From an uncultured Anaerolineales bacterium (GTDB lineage Bacteria; Planctomycetota; Phycisphaerae; FEN-1346), in contig CAYNLG010000042.1 of assembly GCA_964397995.1 (NCBI GenBank), positions 1-30,785 of the forward strand: a stretch of DNA of 30,785 nucleotides, in the 5' to 3' direction. Position numbers and translations under genes: made by a program. Within the stretch, counting starts at the first letter, position 1. The number at the start of each line of letters is the position of its first letter. The notes beneath the pieces are model-generated. The model did no database searches and was not told the origin of the DNA. It saw only the letters and a list, made by a program, of their open reading frames with translations. Of the stretch, positions 16,434 through 25,284 are shown piece after piece.

Positions 16434-17918
16434 ATGGACGATCGGCCGTTCGACGCCAGTCTGATCCCCGAGCCGGAGCCCGAGGGCCCGGAGACCGTGG
16501 CGGGTCTGACGCGGCGGGTGCGGTCGCTCTTGGAGGTGGAGTTCCCGCGCGTCTGGGTCGTTGGCGAGGTTTCGAACTTCAAGCGCCACGGGTCCGGCCA
16601 CCTCTTCTTCACCCTCAAGGACGCGAAGGCCTCCCTCCGCTGCGTCATGTGGCGCTCGGCCGCCGAACGCTTGCCGCACACCATCACCGACGGCCTGGAG
16701 GTCGAGGCCCGCGGGCGGCTGAGCGTCTTCGACCAGGCCGGCGCCTACCAGCTCTACGCCACCAGCCTGAAGCCGCGCGGCATGGGGGCGCTGGAGGTGG
16801 CGTTCCGGAAGCTGAAGGAGCGACTGGCGGGCGAGGGCCTGTTCGAGGCGGCCCGGAAGCGGCCCTTGCCGCGCTTCCCCCGGCGGATCGGCGTCGTGAC
16901 GAGCCCGACGGGGGCGGCCATTCGGGACATCCTGCACGTCCTCGGCCGCCGCTGGCCCGCCGCCGAGGTCGTCCTCGCCCCGGCCCGCGTCCAAGGGGAG
17001 GGGGCGGCCGCGGAGATCGTCGCGGGCCTGGCGCGCCTCGACCGGCTTGGGTCGATCGACGTGGCGATTGTCGGGCGCGGTGGAGGGAGCCTGGAGGACC
17101 TCTGGGCGTTCAACGAGGAGGCGGTCGCCCGGGCGGTGGCGGCGTGCGGCGTGCCCGTGGTGAGCGCGGTGGGCCACGAGACGGACTTCGCGATCAGCGA
17201 CTTCGTCGCGGACGTCCGGGCGCCGACGCCTTCGGCCGCCGCCGAGACCGTCGTCCCGGACCGGCTGGAGGTGCTGGCGGCGCTGGCGGCCCAGACCGAC
17301 CGGCTGGGGCGCCTGCTGCGGCACCGGCTGGACCGGCTGCGAGACCGGCTGACGCTCGCGGCGCGGGCACGGGCGCTGGCCCATCCGGAAGAGCTGGTCC
17401 TCGCCCGGGCCGAGCGGGTCGAGGCCCTGGCCGGGCGGCTCGGGGCGGGGCTTCGCGAGGCCGGGCACGCGCGGCGGTTGCGGCTGGAGCGGCTGACCGG
17501 CCGCTTGGCCGAGCACGCCCCCCGTGCCACCGTCCAGGCCGCCGCCGCGGCCGTGCGGATGGCGGCGTACCGGTTCCAGGCGGTGGCGCGGCACCAGGTG
17601 GCGGACCGGTGGCGGGCGCGGCTGGAGCGAGCGGCCGGGCGGCTCCAGGACCTGGCGCCGGCGCGGGTGCTGGCGCGCGGCTACAGCCGGACGGTGCTCG
17701 CGCGGACCGGGGCGACGCTGACGCGGGCGGCGGACGTGCGGCCGGGGGACGTGCTGCGGACGCACCTGGCCGAGGGCCGCGTCATCAGCCGCGCCGACGC
17801 CGCGGACGGCGAGGCCCCGTCCCCCGCGGCGCCGCCGGAGACGCGGGCGCCGGCGCGACAGCGGCGCACGCCGAAGGACGCGGGCGGCGACACGCCCACC
17901 CTCTTTGAGACCGAGTGA
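16434..17918 (+). CDS. xseA: Exodeoxyribonuclease VII large subunit
   Basis: OB-fold N-domain (VWVVGEVSNFKRHGSGHLFFTLKD). Catalytic core (IGVVTSPTGAAIRDIL, VGRGGGSLEDLWAFNEE, VGHETDFAISDFVAD). Coiled-coil C-terminus. Confidence 0.9.
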   Translation: MDDRPFDASLIPEPEPEGPETVAGLTRRVRSLLEVEFPRVWVVGEVSNFKRHGSGHLFFTLKDAKASLRCVMWRSAAERLPHTITDGLEVEARGRLSVFDQAGAYQLYATSLKPRGMGALEVAFRKLKERLAGEGLFEAARKRPLPRFPRRIGVVTSPTGAAIRDILHVLGRRWPAAEVVLAPARVQGEGAAAEIVAGLARLDRLGSIDVAIVGRGGGSLEDLWAFNEEAVARAVAACGVPVVSAVGHETDFAISDFVADVRAPTPSAAAETVVPDRLEVLAALAAQTDRLGRLLRHRLDRLRDRLTLAARARALAHPEELVLARAERVEALAGRLGAGLREAGHARRLRLERLTGRLAEHAPRATVQAAAAAVRMAAYRFQAVARHQVADRWRARLERAAGRLQDLAPARVLARGYSRTVLARTGATLTRAADVRPGDVLRTHLAEGRVISRADAADGEAPSPAAPPETRAPARQRRTPKDAGGDTPTLFETE

Positions 17919-17941
17919 CCCGAGCGACGGACGAGGACGCC

Positions 17942-18214
17942 ATGGCCAAACGCAAGCAGACGAAACAGGACGAGGCGACGCCGACCTTCGAGGACCGGCT
18001 CGGGCGGCTGGAGGCGATTGTCGAGCGGCTGGAATCGGGCGAGGCCGGCCTCGACGAGAGCCTCGCGCTCTACGCCGAGGGGGCCGCCCTCGTCAAGGCC
18101 TGCCGCACGGTCCTCGAGGAGGCCGAGCAGAAGATCACCACGCTGACCGAGGAGGCGGGGCGGCTGAAGGAGACGCCGCTGGAGGCGCCGGCCGCGGACG
18201 CCGACGAGGCCTAG
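17942..18214 (+). CDS. xseB: Exodeoxyribonuclease VII small subunit
   Basis: FEDRLGRLEAIVERLESGEAGLDESLALYAEGAALVKACRTVLEEAEQKI matches the XseB helical hairpin. Immediately downstream of xseA. Confidence 0.85.
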   Translation: MAKRKQTKQDEATPTFEDRLGRLEAIVERLESGEAGLDESLALYAEGAALVKACRTVLEEAEQKITTLTEEAGRLKETPLEAPAADADEA

Positions 18215-18223
18215 GCCGCCCCC

Positions 18224-20545
18224 TCAGCGGCGTTTACGTTTGGCGGCCTTGCGGCGGGCCTTGCCGGCGCCCTGGGGCTTGCCCGTCGGAGCGGCGCCCT
18301 TGGGGCTGGGCTTTTTCATGCCCTTCTTCGGGGCCGCCTTCGCGTCCTTGGTCGCGGTTTTCTTGCGGCGGCGCTCGTCCTCGACCGGCTCCAGGTCCAG
18401 CTTCCGCCGCGCAATGTCCACGGCCGCGATCCGGACCTGGAGCGGCGTGCCGACGCGGAGGGTGCGGCCCTTTCGGGAGCCGACGAGGGCCCATTTGCGC
18501 TTGTCGAAGCGATAATGATCGTCCGTTAGCCGCGACACATGCACCAAGCCGTCGATCAGCAGCTCGGGAATCTCGACGAAAAGGCCGAACGCCTGGACGC
18601 CCGTGATGACGCCGGAGAAGGTCTCGCCGAGCTTGCCCTGGAGGTACTCCAGGAGCTTGACCTTGGTGAGTTCGCGTTCGGCGCCCTCGGCGCGGCGTTC
18701 GGTGACGTTGCAGTGGCGGGCGACCTCGACGAGGCCCTCGCCGGGCGCGGGCGCCTTGCCGCCCCCGCGCTTCTTGCGCCGGCCGCCCTTCTTGGCCTTC
18801 AGCTTGCCCTTGACGGCGGCGTCGACCTTGCGGTGGACGAGCAGGTCGGGATAGCGGCGGATGGGCGAGGTGAAGTGGCAGTAAGCCTCGGAGCCGAGGG
18901 CGAAGTGGCCTTCCAGGGCGGGGCTGTACTCGGCCCGCTTCAGGCTCCGCAGCACCGCCAGGTGGATACCGTACGCCTCCGGCTTGCCGCGCACCGCGTC
19001 CACCAGCCGCTGCAGCTCGAACCGGTCGGTCGGGTCCTTCAGCTTGTAGCCGGAGCTGGTGGCAAAGTGCTTGAGGTCCTCGGCGGCCTCGGCGTCGGGC
19101 TCCGGGTGGACGCGGCGCAGGATGGGCGCCCCGAGGGCCTCCATGCGCGCCGCCACCGCCTCGTTGGCCGCCACCATGAACATCTCGATGATCTTGTGGC
19201 TGTAGCTGGTGTCTTCCGGGTGAGCGCCGACGACGCGGCCATCGTCGTCGAACTCGAGCTCGACCTCCGGCAGCTCCAGCTCCATGTAGCCGAGGGCCTT
19301 GCGGCGGTCGTGGAGGGCGCGGGCGAGCCGGTCCATGCGCGTGAGCAGGTCGACGACCTCCGGCGCGAGGCCCCCGGTCTCGCCTTCCAGGGCGGCCGTG
19401 GCCTCCCTGTACGTGAGGCGCTTGGCGCTGCGGATGACGGTGTTGGCGAGTTCGACGTCGAGGAGCTCGCCGTCGGCGGCCAGGCGCATCAGGACGCTCT
19501 TGGTGAGCCGCGTCCGCCCTTCCTGGAGGCTGCAAACGCCGTTGGAGAGGGTCTGCGGCAGCATCGGCAGGACCGTCGTCGGCAGGTACACGCTCGTGCC
19601 GCGCTCCCGCGCCTCGGTGTCCAAGGCCGAGCCTTCCTCGACGAAGAAGGCCACGTCGGCGATGTGGATGCCGAGGGTCCAGATGCCGTCGCCGGCGCGC
19701 GTGAGGCTGATGGCGTCGTCGAAATCGCGAGCGTCCTCCGGGTCGATGGTGATGATGAGCTCGCCGGTGAGGTCGCGGCGGCCGTCGAGGGCGGCGTCGT
19801 TGAGGCGGGCAGTCGCGCGGCGGGCCTCGTCCATCACCTCGTCGGCGAAGTCGTCGGGGAGCTCGAACTGGCGGATCACCGCGAGCGTGTCGACGCCCGG
19901 GTCGCCCCGGTGGCCCAGGACCTCGGTGATGACGGCCTGACCCGGGTCGCCGCGCAGCCCGTAGGAGAGGACCTCGAAGACGACCTTGTCCTTGGGCTTC
20001 GCCCCGGCGGAGCGGGCGTCGGGGACGTCGAAGTCTTCGTGCAGGATGCCGCCGTCCGGCCGGACGACCGGCCCGGCCTGGGTCTCGTAGAACGTACCGA
20101 CGAACTGCGTCGTGCCGCGCTGGAGCACCTCCAGCAGGTGCCCCGCGTAGCCGCGCTTGTCCTTGCGGTCGACCTTGGCGAGGACGGTGTCGCCGGTGAC
20201 GGCGTTGAGGCGTTTGTCGGCGGGGATGAAGACGTCCTCGTCGCCGCTGGGGCCGCCCGGCTCGTCGGGGATGACGAAACCGAAGCCGCCGGCGGCCTGG
20301 CTGAAGCGGCCGACGACGGTGTTGCCGGGGGGCTTCTCGCGCTTCGGCGTGGGCTTGCCGGGGGGGACGATCTGGCCGCGCGGCCCGATGGCGAGTTCGC
20401 CGTCGCGGATGAGCCGCTTGACGAGGGTGCGGAACTCGCCGTAGTCCTCCTCGGCCACGTCGAAGAACCGTGCGAGCCGCCGCGTGCGCAGCGGCCGGTA
20501 GCGGTGGGAGTGGATCAGGTTCAGGATCGCCTGGCGCGTGGTCAT
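18224..20545 (-). CDS. rnr: Ribonuclease R (RNB family 3'-5' exoribonuclease) with Lys/Arg-rich C-terminal tail
   Basis: Start ATG at 20545 on the minus strand, with GAGGG RBS. N-terminal HTH/cold-shock region. RNB motifs (IDPEDARDFDDAIS, YLPTTVLPMLP, SPIRRYPDLLVHR). S1 domain. Highly basic C-terminus. The upstream extension to 20932 in the ORF track is judged spurious. Confidence 0.9.
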   Translation of the reverse strand: MTTRQAILNLIHSHRYRPLRTRRLARFFDVAEEDYGEFRTLVKRLIRDGELAIGPRGQIVPPGKPTPKREKPPGNTVVGRFSQAAGGFGFVIPDEPGGPSGDEDVFIPADKRLNAVTGDTVLAKVDRKDKRGYAGHLLEVLQRGTTQFVGTFYETQAGPVVRPDGGILHEDFDVPDARSAGAKPKDKVVFEVLSYGLRGDPGQAVITEVLGHRGDPGVDTLAVIRQFELPDDFADEVMDEARRATARLNDAALDGRRDLTGELIITIDPEDARDFDDAISLTRAGDGIWTLGIHIADVAFFVEEGSALDTEARERGTSVYLPTTVLPMLPQTLSNGVCSLQEGRTRLTKSVLMRLAADGELLDVELANTVIRSAKRLTYREATAALEGETGGLAPEVVDLLTRMDRLARALHDRRKALGYMELELPEVELEFDDDGRVVGAHPEDTSYSHKIIEMFMVAANEAVAARMEALGAPILRRVHPEPDAEAAEDLKHFATSSGYKLKDPTDRFELQRLVDAVRGKPEAYGIHLAVLRSLKRAEYSPALEGHFALGSEAYCHFTSPIRRYPDLLVHRKVDAAVKGKLKAKKGGRRKKRGGGKAPAPGEGLVEVARHCNVTERRAEGAERELTKVKLLEYLQGKLGETFSGVITGVQAFGLFVEIPELLIDGLVHVSRLTDDHYRFDKRKWALVGSRKGRTLRVGTPLQVRIAAVDIARRKLDLEPVEDERRRKKTATKDAKAAPKKGMKKPSPKGAAPTGKPQGAGKARRKAAKRKRR

Positions 20546-20660
20546 GAGGCCCTCGGGTCCGGGTCGGATGCAGTATAGGGGGGGGGGAGGCATCCTGCAA
20601 CGCGCTTGCGTCGCGGGCGGGGGGGGCGTACGGTGAAGGCGACCCCTCAAGGAGACCCCG

Positions 20661-21041
20661 ATGGCCGACTCGTCGATGGACCCGATCCTGGCCCGTGCCC
20701 GCGACCTGGGCGAGGCGCTCGGCGCGCATCCCCGCTTCAAGGCGTACGTCGAGGCCAGCCAGGCCCTGCAGGACGATGCGGCCGCGCGCGAGGCCCTGGA
20801 GGCGTACAACGAGGCGGCGCGCGGCATCGCCGAGAAGGAGCAGCAGGGGCAACCCGTCGAGCCAGCCAAGAAACAGGCGATGGAAACGAAGCGGTCGGCG
20901 GTGGCGTCGAACCCGACCGTGAAGCAGTTCATGCAGGCCCAGGCGAACTACGCGGAGTTGATGCGCCGCGTCAACGACGCCATCTACGGCCGCCTGGCCC
21001 CGCCGGAGGCGCCGCCGGAGGCCGCGCCCGGCCAGGGGTGA
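20661..21041 (+). CDS. YlbF/YmcA-family (UPF0342-like) regulatory protein
   Basis: ATG 20661 with AAGGAG RBS. Pattern ARDLGEALGAHPRFKAYVEASQALQDDAAAREALEAYNEA ... VKQFMQAQANYAELMRRVNDAI fits the YlbF/YmcA/YheA helical family. Confidence 0.55.
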   Translation: MADSSMDPILARARDLGEALGAHPRFKAYVEASQALQDDAAAREALEAYNEAARGIAEKEQQGQPVEPAKKQAMETKRSAVASNPTVKQFMQAQANYAELMRRVNDAIYGRLAPPEAPPEAAPGQG

Positions 21042-21120
21042 GCGGCACGGGCCGGGGCGGCATAGCGGCCGCTCGTTTGGGGGGACCGCACGCCCTGGCG
21101 CGTCCAGGGGGCGACGTACC

Positions 21121-21516
21121 CTATCCCCACCCGCCCGACGCGAGGCGCGTGTTGTACGCCTCGTGCGAGAGCACCTCGAGGAACCGGAGCCGGCCGTCGC
21201 CGTCGGTCGCGATCAGCCGATAATGCTGCCCCAGCGGGATCGTAATCACCTCCCGCTGCCCCATGTTCGTCAGCCGCTTGCCCCGCAGGTCCATGTAAGG
21301 CCGGCCCGCGTCGAGGGCCGCGATGACGCCGAGGGCCTTCTCGGCGACGTCGCGGGGCACCTGGTCGAGGGCGACGGGCGCGGCCGCCAGGCGGGCCGCC
21401 CACGCCGTCTTGGCCGCCTCCGTCTCCCGGGCGGCCTTCGCTTCCGTGGCGCACCGGTGGCAGTATCGGCCCTTGCCCACGTGCCCACAGGGGAATCGCT
21501 TCTTGCGTCCGGCCAT
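21121..21516 (-). CDS. RelE/ParE-like toxin-fold protein with N-terminal C4 zinc-ribbon extension (orphan)
   Basis: ATG 21516 on the minus strand, preceded by AGAGGGG. N-terminal Cys/His-containing motif KKRFPCGHVGKGRYCHRC. C-terminal VPRDVAEKALGVIAALDAGRPYMDLRGKRL..GQHYRLIATDGDGRLRFLEVLSHEAYN follows the RelE/ParE pattern (Y-R-ii-Y ... ilrv-H-R). No adjacent antitoxin ORF. Confidence 0.35.
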   Translation of the reverse strand: MAGRKKRFPCGHVGKGRYCHRCATEAKAARETEAAKTAWAARLAAAPVALDQVPRDVAEKALGVIAALDAGRPYMDLRGKRLTNMGQREVITIPLGQHYRLIATDGDGRLRFLEVLSHEAYNTRLASGGWG

Positions 21517-21792
21517 CCCGCACCCCTCTGCCCCTTGCACCCAGGGTGCGCGGGGAGCCGCCGGAAAGCAAGGTCCCGCCGCGGCACGCCGCTGCGCGGC
21601 CGCGGGGGGCGCGGCGTCGGTCGAGGCGAAACGGAGGCTGCTGGTGTTCTTCGCCGACGTGCCGGCGGGCGGGGCCCCGGTGCGGCGGCGCGGCCGAGCG
21701 CGGTCGCCTCCTTAAACGGTTGGCGGGCGGGGGCGAACCGGCTATTCTCCGGGGGCACGTCCGCTGCGCCGGATGGAAAGGAAGAAGCCGCC

Positions 21793-23199
21793 ATGGCCCG
21801 CCCGCGTTCGACCCGCCGCCGTTTCCTCCACGACACCGCCGGCGCGGCCGCCGGCCTCGCCGCCGCGGCCGCCCTCGGCCCGAGGCTCTGGGCCGCCGGC
21901 CGCGACCGGCCGCCCAACATCCTCTACCTGATGACCGACGACCAGCGGTGGGACGGCCTGTCGATCATGGGCAACCCCGTCGTCGAGACGCCGCACATGG
22001 ACCGCCTCGCCCGCGAGGGGGCCCTGTTCGAGCGGATGTTCGTCACGAACGCCCTGTGCGCCCCAAGCCGCGCGTCGTTCCTGACGGGCGTCTACTCACA
22101 CGTCAACGGCGTCCGGACGAACGCCTCGAAATGGGAGGACCAGCCGATTGTCATCGACCCCCTGCGGGCCGCGGGCTACCACACCTGCTTCATCGGCAAG
22201 TGCCACCAGGGCGAGACCGTCTGCCAGCCAAAGTTCGACCTCTGGCTCGGCTTCAACGGCCAGGGCCGGTATTTCAATCCGACGCTTCGCGACTTCGACG
22301 GGACCACGAAGCGCCGCCAGGGCCACATGACCGACCTCCTGGGCGACCGGGCCGTCGCGTACCTGGCCGGCCATCGCCGCGACCCGTTCTGCTGCTTCGT
22401 CTGGTTCAAGTCGCCGCACCGGGCGTGGGAGCCGGCCCCGCGGCACGCGGACCTGTACGCCGACAAGACCGTCCCGCGGCCGCCCACTTTCGACACCGAC
22501 TACGCGGGCAAGCCCCAGGCCGTCCGCCACACGAAGATGCAGGTCGAGACCGCCAAGGGCAAGGCGTCGTTCGACTCGTGGGTCAAGGACTACTACCGGA
22601 CGATCGCCGGCGTCGACGAACAGGTCGGCCGCATCCTCAAGACCCTCGACGACCAGGGCCTGGCCGAGAACACGATCGTCGTCTTCACGGGCGACAACGG
22701 CTTCTTCCTGGGCGAGCACCATTTCTTCGACAAGCGACTCATGTACGAGCCGTCGATTCGTATCCCGATGCTCGTGCGGTGGCCGGCCCGCGTGGCGGCC
22801 GGGCGGCGGATCGGCGAGATGGCCCTGAACGTCGACCTGGCTCCGACGCTGCTCGACTGTGCCGGGTGCGACGTCCCGGACCGCATGCAGGGACGGAGCT
22901 GGCGCCCGCTGCTCGAGGGCCGCGCCGTCCCGTGGCGCGAGAGCTGGTACTACCGCTACTACGAGTACCCCGCGAGCCACGCCGTGCGTCCCAACCGCGG
23001 CGTCCGGACCGACCGCTGGAAGTACATCGAGTACCCCGCACACGAGACCAAGGGCGAGACCTTCCCCGCCGAGTTCGAGCTCTATGACCTGGAGACCGAC
23101 CCGCACGAGGCGACGAACCTGCACGGCCGCGCCGACCGCGAGGCGTCGCTGTGCCGGGAGATGTGCCGGCTGGCGGCCGAGCTGGGCGACGAGGCCTGA
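21793..23199 (+). CDS. Tat-secreted sulfatase (formylglycine-dependent, arylsulfatase family)
   Basis: Twin-arginine signal (STRRRFLHDTAGAAAGLAAAAA). Sulfatase signature CAPSRASFLTG (C-x-P-x-R). NILYLMTDDQRWD N-terminal metal-binding motif. GDNGFFLGEH C-terminal motif. GGAAAGGAAG RBS. Confidence 0.9.
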   Translation: MARPRSTRRRFLHDTAGAAAGLAAAAALGPRLWAAGRDRPPNILYLMTDDQRWDGLSIMGNPVVETPHMDRLAREGALFERMFVTNALCAPSRASFLTGVYSHVNGVRTNASKWEDQPIVIDPLRAAGYHTCFIGKCHQGETVCQPKFDLWLGFNGQGRYFNPTLRDFDGTTKRRQGHMTDLLGDRAVAYLAGHRRDPFCCFVWFKSPHRAWEPAPRHADLYADKTVPRPPTFDTDYAGKPQAVRHTKMQVETAKGKASFDSWVKDYYRTIAGVDEQVGRILKTLDDQGLAENTIVVFTGDNGFFLGEHHFFDKRLMYEPSIRIPMLVRWPARVAAGRRIGEMALNVDLAPTLLDCAGCDVPDRMQGRSWRPLLEGRAVPWRESWYYRYYEYPASHAVRPNRGVRTDRWKYIEYPAHETKGETFPAEFELYDLETDPHEATNLHGRADREASLCREMCRLAAELGDEA

Positions 23200-23236
23200 G
23201 CGCCCGCGGCCGCGGGGGGCACCCGAGCGGTGCCGC

Positions 23237-23773
23237 TCAGCCGCCCATCTCGGCGCGGCAGACGGGCTCGCAGACGGAGTAGACGAATAGGAAGCGGGCC
23301 TCGCCGTCCTTCGGGAGCCGGATCAGCGCCCCGGTGCAGTCCGAGATCGACAGGGATTCCTTCTTGAGCTGGTGGCTCCCCGCCAGGTCCACGGCGGCCA
23401 TGACGCCGATGGTGTCTTTCGACGGCCGGGCCGCCTGGCAGGTGATTGTGCAGGGCGTGAGTTCGGGCTCCCCGCCCGTCGCGGCGGCCCCGTCGGCCCG
23501 CGGCACGTCGATCTTGAGCACGGTCTTGTACCCGTGGCCGCGCCCCACGTCGAGCTCCGAGAGCGGGATGACGAACGGTCCGGCCACCACCTCGTTCGTC
23601 TTGAGGTCCGTGACCAGGTACAGGACGACCGGTTGGTCGGCGATGGCCTTGGCGGGCCGGTAGTCCGTGGGCGGCCGGTCCGGCCCCGTCGGCTGCGACA
23701 GGGCCAGCCCGGCGGCGGCGGCGAGGAGGCAGGCGGCTCCGACGGCGGCAAGCGCAGCAAGGCGGCGGTTCAT
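23237..23773 (-). CDS. Secreted hypothetical protein (178 aa)
   Basis: ATG 23773 on the minus strand, with GGGGGAG RBS. Signal peptide MNRRLAALAAVGAACLLAAAAGLALS. Cys-containing C-terminus (TPCTITCQA...CEPVCRAEMGG). No family recognised. Confidence 0.5.
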   Translation of the reverse strand: MNRRLAALAAVGAACLLAAAAGLALSQPTGPDRPPTDYRPAKAIADQPVVLYLVTDLKTNEVVAGPFVIPLSELDVGRGHGYKTVLKIDVPRADGAAATGGEPELTPCTITCQAARPSKDTIGVMAAVDLAGSHQLKKESLSISDCTGALIRLPKDGEARFLFVYSVCEPVCRAEMGG

Positions 23774-24133
23774 GGCAGGCTCCCCCTGTGGGCCGGCGGG
23801 GCGGCCTCCGCTTCGGCGGACGCCCGTGGCGCGGCATGCACCCGTATAGACGCACGCCGGGCGGCGAGCATTTCGGGAAATCCCGCGGCCCTGGCCAGGA
23901 CACCGCCTGGATACCCCCGGCCCCCGATTCGGGACTGGAAGGCCCTCCAGGCCCCTTTCCATTTGCCTTTTCCCTGTTCGGTGGTATATTTCCGACGTTC
24001 TGGATTAGCCTTGACCCAGATGACCAGACGCGTCAAGCTAAGGTGGTGACGGGCCGCGCGGGTGCGTCGCTTGGGTGGTGTGCGGCACGGGAGCGCCGCC
24101 CGCCACCGTCCGTGTGCGCCGGGGTGGGGCTAA

Positions 24134-24535
24134 CCCGCCGGCGAGGCCGCCGAGCTCTTCGGCGGCCCCGACGTCATTCGCGGTCGCATCCGCACCTTCG
24201 TCAAGGAAGGGTGCGACCGGTGCGGCGTCACGTACAACGACCTCGGCCGGGCCCTCTTCCTCGACGACCCGTCGCGGGTCACGCGCGCCTTGACCGACGA
24301 TTCGGCCCCGCTCGGCGAGCGCCTGGCCGTGGCCATGCTGGCCCCGGTCGGCGTCGGCATCGACGACATCCTGCCCTGGAAGGGCGACCTTCTCGACGGA
24401 GACCGCGAGGTGTGGGTCCGGCGGATGCGCGAGAGCGGGATGCGCGTCAGCGCGGGGGTTCCCGACGAGGCGCGCCTCCGGCTGTACGTCCGATTCGAAG
24501 CCTTTGCCGACCTTAAGCCGGAGACGTCCGCCTGA
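24134..24535 (+). other. XRE-like HTH ORF with no canonical start codon (possible pseudogene, or non-canonical initiation)
   Basis: Frame open from 24134 and encodes [55 protein letters not shown].. (HTH-like pattern). The first ATG/GTG/TTG in frame is TTG 24290 or ATG ~24335, downstream of the HTH. An in-frame TAA lies at 24131. Confidence 0.25.
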
Positions 24536-24559
24536 CCACCGTTTTCTCCTTGCACGGCC

Positions 24560-24588
24560 TTGCATCCGCCGCCGGCGCGGGTATAATA
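24560..24588 (+). promoter_or_regulatory. Promoter candidate: TTGCAT, 17-nt spacer, TATAAT
   Basis: Consensus -10 and near-consensus -35 with ideal spacing, 62 nt upstream of rpmE. Confidence 0.5.
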
Positions 24589-24650
24589 CGCCCCTTTGCC
24601 GAGAGCGTATCGGCGGAACCCAGGACCCCCAAGCTGACGGGGCAGAGGCC

Positions 24651-25235
24651 ATGAAACCGGATATCCATCCCGATTACGTCGAGTGCAAGGTCACGTGCGG
24701 GTGCGGCAACACGTTCGCGACCCGCGCGACCGTGCCGACGCTGAACGTCGAGGTCTGCTCGGCCTGCCACCCGTTCTACACGGGCCAGCAGCGCTTCGTC
24801 GACACCGCTGGCCGCGTCGAGAAGTTCCAGAAGAAGTACGGCTGGGACGCCCAGCAGGCCGCCAAGGAGGCCGAAGAGGCCCGGCGCGAGGAGCTGGCCA
24901 AGGAGCGCGCCCGCCAGGCCAAGGAAAAGGCCCGCGCCCGCAAGGAGGCCCAGCGCAAGGCCGAGGCCCGCGACAAGGCCGAGGCCAAGGAAGCCGAGGC
25001 CCAGGCCGCCTCGAAGCCGCGCAGCAAGGCCCCCCCCAAGGACGAGGCTCAGGGTGGCGACAAGTCCGCCGGGGCCAAGGTCGACGCCAAGCCCGCCAAG
25101 GCCAAGGTCGACGCCAAGCCCGCCAAGGCCAAGGTCGACGCCAAGCCTGCCGGGGCAAAGCCCGAGGCCAAGGCCGAGGAGAAACCGGCCGAGACGCCCG
25201 CCGAGCCCAAGGACGAGGCCAAGAGCGAGGGCTGA
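24651..25235 (+). CDS. rpmE: 50S ribosomal protein L31 with long K/A/E-rich C-terminal extension
   Basis: [64 protein letters not shown] is canonical L31 with the CxxC...CxxC zinc motif, about 70 aa. About 125 further residues are Lys/Ala/Glu-rich low complexity. Confidence 0.85.
   Translation: MKPDIHPDYVECKVTCGCGNTFATRATVPTLNVEVCSACHPFYTGQQRFVDTAGRVEKFQKKYGWDAQQAAKEAEEARREELAKERARQAKEKARARKEAQRKAEARDKAEAKEAEAQAASKPRSKAPPKDEAQGGDKSAGAKVDAKPAKAKVDAKPAKAKVDAKPAGAKPEAKAEEKPAETPAEPKDEAKSEG
25073..25150 (+). repeat. 27-bp tandem repeat x3 (gccaaggtcgacgccaagcccgccaag) inside the rpmE tail
   Basis: Three near-perfect copies encode AKVDAKPAK three times. Confidence 0.8.
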
Positions 25236-25284
25236 GCGGCCCCCCGCGACCCGACCCTCACCGCTGGCGGTCCCGCGCGCTCGC

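Noticed and set aside
14164-17765. 494-aa and 540-aa minus-strand ORFs antisense to flotillin and xseA
   Set aside because: Repetitive low-complexity translations. The sense genes are unambiguous.
20546-20932. 129-codon N-terminal extension of rnr to the ATG at 20932
   Set aside because: Cys/Ser/Ala-rich, unlike RNase R. An internal ATG at 20545 with a GAGGG RBS gives the canonical RNase R N-terminus (MTTRQAILNLI...).
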